From the IMG/VR virus record IMGVR_UViG_3300008113_000087: a DNA stretch of 64,000 nt; one strand, given 5' to 3'. The notes below the pieces were generated by a model. It saw only the letters and a program-made list of their open reading frames with translations, did no database searches and was not told the origin of the DNA. A program made the position numbers and the translations under genes. Positions 58,629-64,000 of the stretch are shown here, in pieces (position 1 is the first letter of the stretch; every line of letters starts with the position of its first letter). The stretch is from an uncultured virus (IMG/VR IMGVR_UViG_3300008113_000087). Taxonomy: Duplodnaviria > Heunggongvirae > Uroviricota > Caudoviricetes.

Positions 58629-59201
58629 TTATTTTAAATCTTTTACTTGATCACACAATCCAAGTTTTTGGGCTTCCTCAGCGGATAACCAAATATCTTG
58701 GGGTGGTAGTAAAGTTTCGCGTATCTTTATCTCACTCAAACCAGTGCATTTTCTGTAGTGAGCGATCATCCTTTTTGTAGTTAAATCAAATTCCTTTACC
58801 GTAGCAAAAAGTTCATGCTCTTTTCCAAACGCACCCCATGAGTATTGGTGACTCAGAACTGAAGTGTTTGGTGTTAGGACACGCATACCTTTAGTTCCTG
58901 CTGTGAAGACTAAAAGTCCTGCGCTAGATACTTGTCCCAATCCGATTGTTCTTACTGGTATCGCAGATCCACGTATAACATCTATCAGAGCAAACGCTGC
59001 TGTAAGATCTCCACCTGGACTTGTTATCAGTAAGTTTAATAATGAGGGTCTTTCCTCGGCAAAGTTTGCCTCAAAGATCCACTCTACTGCTTGTTTTGCA
59101 ACAGTTAAATTAATATCCTCCATTAGAGGGAAGAACGAATGCGACAAACTGTCGCTCGTTTTCAATTCTAGATTTAATTTTTGCATCATGTTGGTGGGCA
59201 T
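58629..59201 (-). CDS. clpP: ClpP-like serine protease (start probably 59201 behind GGAG)
   Basis: ITSPGGD...AFA..D, TIGLGQVSSAG (Ser), R...PNT....HQ (His), DIWLSAEEA.K.GL.D (Asp). Confidence 0.88.
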   Translation of the reverse strand: MPTNMMQKLNLELKTSDSLSHSFFPLMEDINLTVAKQAVEWIFEANFAEERPSLLNLLITSPGGDLTAAFALIDVIRGSAIPVRTIGLGQVSSAGLLVFTAGTKGMRVLTPNTSVLSHQYSWGAFGKEHELFATVKEFDLTTKRMIAHYRKCTGLSEIKIRETLLPPQDIWLSAEEAQKLGLCDQVKDLK

Positions 59202-59745
59202 ACTTCTCTCCATGTTTATAAAAAATGTGTGAACCAATCTTAACAGTTCTATTTAGATGATTCCACTTTGGGTTCACATAATCAGCGTGGTAAAACAGCG
59301 CACCATCTGTATTATCTTTTATGGTATGAGAGTTTACATATAGGTCTAATGCCACATTATATACTTTTTCATACACATCTTTTTGTCTATCAGAAAAAAG
59401 ACGTTCTTTATTATAAGCCATAGATCTTTCGCGATCTTGGCAATACCATGAGAATTGACATGTTCTATGGCTTCTTTCTTTCACAACAGAGCATATATTG
59501 TTTCCAAACTGCCCAGAACGAACACGATTGAGGGTTACTATACCCACTGCTCTTTGACCTTCGATTGGTTCATATGCTGCTTCGAAAAATATATTATCTG
59601 CTAAACACTCTACTTCCGCTCTAGCCTTATTGGTTAATTGATCCGCTGTTACACGAATAGGAAATAGTGAGTTGTTATTTGCCAACACTATTGTTGTTAT
59701 TGAAAATACTATCGTTGTTATTATTAGAAAAATTGTTTTGTGCAA
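59110..59745 (-). CDS. Cell wall hydrolase (SleB/Hydrolase_2 family) with N-terminal signal or TM segment
   Basis: CLA.NI.FEA..EP..GQ.AV..VTLNRV, CQFSW.C, GALFYHADYV.P.W, IGSHIFY; TTG start with AAGGAG. Confidence 0.88.
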   Translation of the reverse strand: MHKTIFLIITTIVFSITTIVLANNNSLFPIRVTADQLTNKARAEVECLADNIFFEAAYEPIEGQRAVGIVTLNRVRSGQFGNNICSVVKERSHRTCQFSWYCQDRERSMAYNKERLFSDRQKDVYEKVYNVALDLYVNSHTIKDNTDGALFYHADYVNPKWNHLNRTVKIGSHIFYKHGEKYAHQHDAKIKSRIENERQFVAFVLPSNGGY

Positions 59746-59768
59746 TTTTATCTCCTTAATTAGTTAAA

Positions 59769-59794
59769 GGAAGGTATGCGTGAACATACCTTCC
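59769..59794 (-). terminator. 10-bp hairpin upstream of hydrolase (weak terminator or attenuator)
   Basis: GGAAGGTATG-N6-CATACCTTCC followed by only TTT on minus strand. Confidence 0.5.
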
Positions 59795-59804
59795 CGATCC
59801 CGTA

Positions 59805-60083
59805 TCAGGTTGACTTCTTGCTAATAGTCTTTGTTGTATCTTGGGGGACGTTTGAAACGAAACCATTTAGGACTTGCGCCTTTGCAATGATATCGCTTTC
59901 GACTGGATAAGCAGGGAATCCTGGATGATCAGGAATCGTGCCACCATTGATTTTAGCAGATTCGACTTTCGTTTGCCAGTCGTTGCTAATTACTTCACGC
60001 TTACCGTAGTATTCCTCGGAAAGCATATCCTTCGCCATTTTTAAAAGTTCTAGGCGAATCTCGAACGGGGTCAAGTTACTCAT
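59805..60083 (-). CDS. Conserved hypothetical protein
   Basis: MSNLTPFEIRLELLKMAKDML...P.YP...DII.KA..LN.FVS; strong AAGGAG SD. Confidence 0.75.
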   Translation of the reverse strand: MSNLTPFEIRLELLKMAKDMLSEEYYGKREVISNDWQTKVESAKINGGTIPDHPGFPAYPVESDIIAKAQVLNGFVSNVPQDTTKTISKKST

Positions 60084-60157
60084 GTTTTACTCCTTGTGTG
60101 TTATGAGTTGTGTGTAATGAAGGTTTTATTGGGATCCTTCAACCCACTGTGTATCAT

Positions 60158-60165
60158 TATTTATA
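60158..60165 (-). promoter_or_regulatory. T4-type late promoter TATAAATA
   Basis: Exact consensus ~75 nt upstream of ORF 60083. Confidence 0.75.
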
Positions 60166-60179
60166 TAATACCTGATTGC

Positions 60180-61670
60180 TCAATATAAAGCAAGTTTCTT
60201 TTTTATGTATTGGTTTTCAAATGGCGCAATTTTATAGACAAGATCATCAGCATGTTGCCTTGTAAATGCACTATTTCTAATGGTTTGGATATCTAGACCA
60301 CTATATGATGCAACTCCCCAAACATCCCACGAATCTAGATATGCATTTTGATTGTCGCCAGTATTTGCAGACGACCAAGCGACTGCTTTGTCTTTGTTTC
60401 CATATTCGTTTTCCCAATTAACACTATATGGATACGCACCATTATGTTTAAAATCTTCCATATCTAATTCCGCTGGGATTTCTTTATATCCATATTTAGA
60501 TAAATCCTCGCCCATGGCTGAGAGTTTGATTGCTCCATCTTGTTCAGATATTTTTTTATGTATTGTCAATGGATAAAACACCCAATGCTGGTCCATCCAA
60601 TTTTCTTTAAACCATTTTACAGTATTGTCAAGCGACTCATAAGATTCTCTAGGTAACCCTGTAATCATAGACATAGTTGATACATACAATCCAAGTTCTT
60701 TATTGAACAGCTCTCTCATTTCTAATGCTGTTTGTTTATTCTTGTCTGGGTGTAAACCCTTTCCAATCAGTTTTCCGCTTTCATGATTAAAAGTTTCTAC
60801 ACCATAGTATTGTCCCCAGATGCGCGACTCTAGCAATAATTCTCTATCCCGAATATTATTGTAAAGTAAATCTAGTCTAACGAATCCAGTGAAATTTGGT
60901 TTAAATGACAATCGTTTTACAGCTGATGAAAACTTTATTAACTTCTCTTCATTACTGTTAATAGTTTCATCTGCGATCGCGTAATTTATAACACCCCACT
61001 TATCGTAATTAGATTGGAGTTCGCGATACATGTCTTCTTCAGTTCTTGAGGTATCACCCCTTACACCAAGGATCGGATATGAACAATATTTACATTTAAA
61101 TTTACATCCTCGTTCTAACTCAATAGTCAATACATCAGATGGTAATATGAAATCTCTATCTTCATATTCTATTGAGTATGACCCACCAACTGTTTCTGGT
61201 GGATAGGCTGGATACATGTGAATCGCATTAATCAACCATCCATTTTTAAGTGGAATACCCTTTATTTTACCATTAGAGAAAGCATGATTTAGTGCTTCAA
61301 CAACAGCAAGTTCTCCGTAACCATTAATGTAATAATCAGCATCAAGATCTTTATAGTAAATGTCTTGCCCACCAAGTATAATTTTTAATTCTGGATATTT
61401 TAATCTAATAAAAGAAATTATTGATTTGTATGTTTCATATCTAGATAACCAAGTTATGGAAAATCCTATCCACTTAATTTGGTTCTGAGAAATTCTTGAG
61501 TCTATAAGTTCTACTAATAGATTACTCCTCCAAGCAGGTAAACGATCGATTACCTCAACATCAATACCCATAGTTTGTCTGAGATAGTGCGCTATTCTAT
61601 ATGCGCCAGGAGATCTTTCGAGACTTGTCTGCCAACCAAGAGATGTAAATATTAATCCGTTTGCGTTCAT
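60180..61670 (-). CDS. Radical SAM protein with N-terminal B12-binding-like domain
   Basis: ERGCKFKCKYC (CxxxCxxC), ADET.N, GVET, I.GLP.ES; N-terminal VEVID..IGFS..KIILGG. Confidence 0.82.
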   Translation of the reverse strand: MNANGLIFTSLGWQTSLERSPGAYRIAHYLRQTMGIDVEVIDRLPAWRSNLLVELIDSRISQNQIKWIGFSITWLSRYETYKSIISFIRLKYPELKIILGGQDIYYKDLDADYYINGYGELAVVEALNHAFSNGKIKGIPLKNGWLINAIHMYPAYPPETVGGSYSIEYEDRDFILPSDVLTIELERGCKFKCKYCSYPILGVRGDTSRTEEDMYRELQSNYDKWGVINYAIADETINSNEEKLIKFSSAVKRLSFKPNFTGFVRLDLLYNNIRDRELLLESRIWGQYYGVETFNHESGKLIGKGLHPDKNKQTALEMRELFNKELGLYVSTMSMITGLPRESYESLDNTVKWFKENWMDQHWVFYPLTIHKKISEQDGAIKLSAMGEDLSKYGYKEIPAELDMEDFKHNGAYPYSVNWENEYGNKDKAVAWSSANTGDNQNAYLDSWDVWGVASYSGLDIQTIRNSAFTRQHADDLVYKIAPFENQYIKKKLALY

Positions 61671-61683
61671 GCTTACCTATAAT

Positions 61684-61980
61684 AAAAGACCGACTGATTA
61701 AGTGATAAGGACAGTCGGCGAAACCTCAGCTATGCTTAGGCAGCGATAGCAAATAACTCATCGTTTGCAGTTATTGATTTTGCTTGATTTACGGTCATCG
61801 CCTACCGTGTTGCCGTCTCTACTATCTCACGCTGTCGAAACCTAGTCACCCCCATCAGAAGAATTTTATCTTTCACAAACAGAGCCAGTCTTATCTGCTG
61901 GGTGCTAAAACGCTTCTGGTGGAGGTGGGGAGAATCGAACTCCCGTCCAACATGCCTTCGCTTTGAAGGGATTACAACAA
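61684..61980 (-). ncRNA. ssrA: Circularly permuted (two-piece) tmRNA
   Basis: Acceptor piece ...GGACGGGAGTTCGATTCTCCCCACCTCCACCA ends at 61917; 63-nt intervening segment; coding piece starts GGGGGTGACTAGGTTTCGACAG at 61853; acceptor stem with G3:U pair; resume context ATAACT-GCA and tag ANDELFAIAA* at 61768-61736; outer ends approximate. Confidence 0.93.
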
Positions 61981-62691
61981 TTACTTCCAGTATTTAGAAT
62001 AATCTACATTATTCCAATGCTGTTCATTATTTCGGTATAAGAAGTTTTTAATAAGATACCATGCCATTCCAAAATATCCCATCTTCTGAAATCTTCTGCT
62101 GTCTTGACCGAAGTAATGTTTCATCAGTTTAAATTTCTTGGTGTCATACATCTTAGACAAAAAGAAATCTTCACTGGTACCATACTTCTCGGCAAAGCCA
62201 CCGAACTCTTCATATTTAGTTTTTCTGGTTAACATAAATGCACCAACAGCGAATGGGACTTTATATTGCATAATGCTGTTTACGAAATTAAATATCATGA
62301 AACCGATCTGCGCTCTTATGTCACCATCATAGCACTTTACACGCAATCCGATTAAATCCAAATTATTTTGTTCTAGTTCATTTACTGCGTCGACTATAAC
62401 AGTGTCGGAGAAAAATCTCACATCACTATCAATGAATAGAATGTATGGGGTGGTAACAAGTTTAGCTCCACTGTTTTTAGCAAACGAAACTGGACCACCA
62501 TCAATAATCTCTACATTCAGATCACCCTTCATTATTTTTATAACTTCTCGGGTATTATCCGTAGAACAATCTGCGATGATAATTCTAGTATCACCTATTG
62601 ATTGCTGGCGCAGATGCATTAACAAATGCGCGATATAGTTCTCTTCGTTTTTACAAGGAACTACAATTGTTATTTTATTACTTAATGACAT
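61981..62691 (-). CDS. Glycosyltransferase family 2
   Basis: ITIVVPCKNEE, IIAD.STD.T, AKNSGA, FIDSD (DxD), SEDF. Confidence 0.9.
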   Translation of the reverse strand: MSLSNKITIVVPCKNEENYIAHLLMHLRQQSIGDTRIIIADCSTDNTREVIKIMKGDLNVEIIDGGPVSFAKNSGAKLVTTPYILFIDSDVRFFSDTVIVDAVNELEQNNLDLIGLRVKCYDGDIRAQIGFMIFNFVNSIMQYKVPFAVGAFMLTRKTKYEEFGGFAEKYGTSEDFFLSKMYDTKKFKLMKHYFGQDSRRFQKMGYFGMAWYLIKNFLYRNNEQHWNNVDYSKYWK

Positions 62692-62809
62692 GTGTACGTT
62701 TATGTTTCAATGATTTCTTTAATGCTTTTAACCACAGTTTCTTTTCTTTTACTCTATCATGATTGACGCATGCTAGATACATCTTCTTCACTATCTCTTT
62801 CACTTTCAT
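62678..62809 (-). CDS. Small basic protein (43 aa, not in track)
   Basis: MKVKEIVKKMYLACVNHDRVKEKKLWLKALKKSLKHKRTHVIK with GGAG SD; bridges phosphoesterase and GT2. Confidence 0.55.
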   Translation of the reverse strand: MKVKEIVKKMYLACVNHDRVKEKKLWLKALKKSLKHKRTHVIK

Positions 62810-63560
62810 TGTCTGTCTCCTTTGTCCACGTTACTATTTCCCAGCGTCCATCATGGTGCTCAACAAGAGCAGTGCATGATTCAACCCAGTCTCCGTCATT
62901 CATATATGTTACACCATCAATGTCTTTAATTTCAGCATGATGAATATGACCACAAATAACTCCATCGTAACCTCGCTTCTTACAGTATGCTGCAAGATTG
63001 CGCTCGAACTGAAATATAAAGTCTACTGCTTTTTTGACTTTATGTTTAAGAAACTTGCTAAGGCTAAAGTACCCAAAACCCAAACGACGACGAACCCAAT
63101 TAAATTTATTGTTGAGGCTAAGAACAATGTCATACGCTTTATCTCCTAAGAATGCTATCCAAGGTGCTAGTCTAGTAATACCATCGAACAAGTCACCATG
63201 TGTAACTAGATATCGTTTACCATCCACACCTACATGTTCTGTTTGGTTTTTAATTTCTATCAGACCAAAAGAAAACCCATATGGTATCATCGGTCTTAAA
63301 AACTCATCGTGGTTACCTGCTACGTAGATTACTTTTGTTCCACGTTTAGCGTGACCCAGTATTCTGCGGACAACATTCGTATGACTCTGCTTCCAGCGCC
63401 ACTTGTTTTGTTGTATTTTCCAGGCATCAATAATATCACCCACTAGATATAATGTCTCACAGGTGTTGTGTTTGAGAAAGTTGTTTAACTTTTTGGCTTG
63501 ACAATCATTGGTACCAAGATGGACATCACTTATAAAAATTGTTCTGTATGTTTTGTCCAT
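62757..63560 (-). CDS. Metallophosphoesterase of the YbbF/LpxH family, PlcP-like
   Basis: ISDVHLG, GDIID, GNHD, HGD.FD, CGHIH, N.GDWVESCTALVEH. Confidence 0.88.
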   Translation of the reverse strand: MDKTYRTIFISDVHLGTNDCQAKKLNNFLKHNTCETLYLVGDIIDAWKIQQNKWRWKQSHTNVVRRILGHAKRGTKVIYVAGNHDEFLRPMIPYGFSFGLIEIKNQTEHVGVDGKRYLVTHGDLFDGITRLAPWIAFLGDKAYDIVLSLNNKFNWVRRRLGFGYFSLSKFLKHKVKKAVDFIFQFERNLAAYCKKRGYDGVICGHIHHAEIKDIDGVTYMNDGDWVESCTALVEHHDGRWEIVTWTKETDNESERDSEEDVSSMRQS

Positions 63561-63568
63561 AAGTTTAC

Positions 63569-64000
63569 CTAGTGTCCTTTAATGCTTCGGTACTGCTCTC
63601 TTACTTCAATAAACTTATTTATCCACGTATCACGTTTTTCTTTAAAAATAATTGGTTCGTGATCATCGACTGCCATAATAATAACCAAATGTCCGACAGG
63701 GATTTCTGTTCTCTCTTCGAAAGCCACAGCATATGCAGCGCACTGCATAAAGTAGTTATGAATATCGTCTCGCGACTTTACTCTCTTTGATGTTTTAAAG
63801 TCAATGACAGCAAGTTTACCTTCATACTCTGCGATACAATCAACTGTTCCAGCAACTTCTAGATGATCAGAGTAAAGTGGTGTTTCGAGTGCATGGATGT
63901 TGTTAATCTTTGACAACTCAGGTAAGATTGAATCCCACGTGTAGTGGTCAAACATGTCTGGCTTGACTGGCTCATTGTTAAGGAACGATTCGCAAAGTGA
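63569..64000 (-). CDS. PD-(D/E)XK / Cas4-like exonuclease, C-terminal part
   Basis: LE..LYS..L.VAGTVDCIAEY.G.LAVIDFKTS, YFMQ..AYA; frame continues off window. Confidence 0.85.
   Translation of the reverse strand, partial: SLCESFLNNEPVKPDMFDHYTWDSILPELSKINNIHALETPLYSDHLEVAGTVDCIAEYEGKLAVIDFKTSKRVKSRDDIHNYFMQCAAYAVAFEERTEIPVGHLVIIMAVDDHEPIIFKEKRDTWINKFIEVREQYRSIKGH

Noticed and set aside
61917..61950. tRNA-like T arm and CCA end suggesting a tRNA gene or att site
   Set aside because: No anticodon or D arm upstream; it pairs with GGGGGTG downstream and belongs to the permuted tmRNA
61784..61966. 60-aa plus-strand ORF in the track
   Set aside because: Antisense to the tmRNA, no SD, no recognisable protein features
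63569..64000. Cas4-like nuclease suggesting CRISPR-Cas
   Set aside because: No repeat-spacer array or other cas genes seen; solo nucleases of this kind are common in T4-like phages
1..64000. Alternative genetic code (stop-codon reassignment)
   Set aside because: Core genes are full length and densely packed under the standard code

Overview
A 64-kb segment of a lytic T4-like myovirus genome with no host DNA. Most genes are on the minus strand. Left to right: uvsW (partial)/uvsY; head, tail and packaging module (gp3, 23, 22, 21, 20, 19, 18, 17, 15, 14, 13); a ~22-kb block of fibre and other virion proteins; baseplate (gp8, 7, 6, 25, PAAR 5.4, 5, 27, 53, 48); a plus-strand late block (gp4, 2, 54-like, displaced gp16, gp26/gp51, tape-measure-like gene); gp32, 59, 33; then an accessory region. 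The most notable element, absent from the ORF track, is a circularly permuted (two-piece) tmRNA gene with tag ANDELFAIAA, lying ~2.5 kb from a phage ClpP-like protease. Other highlights are a probable -1 frameshift joining gp26 to gp51 just before the tape-measure-like gene, a PlcP-like phosphoesterase next to a GT2 glycosyltransferase, a gp5 with both GH19 and M15 peptidase domains, a 5'-UTR pseudoknot, and leaderless sigma70-type promoters. The tmRNA type hints at a betaproteobacterial host (inference). All protein calls come from motif recognition and gene order; no searches were run.
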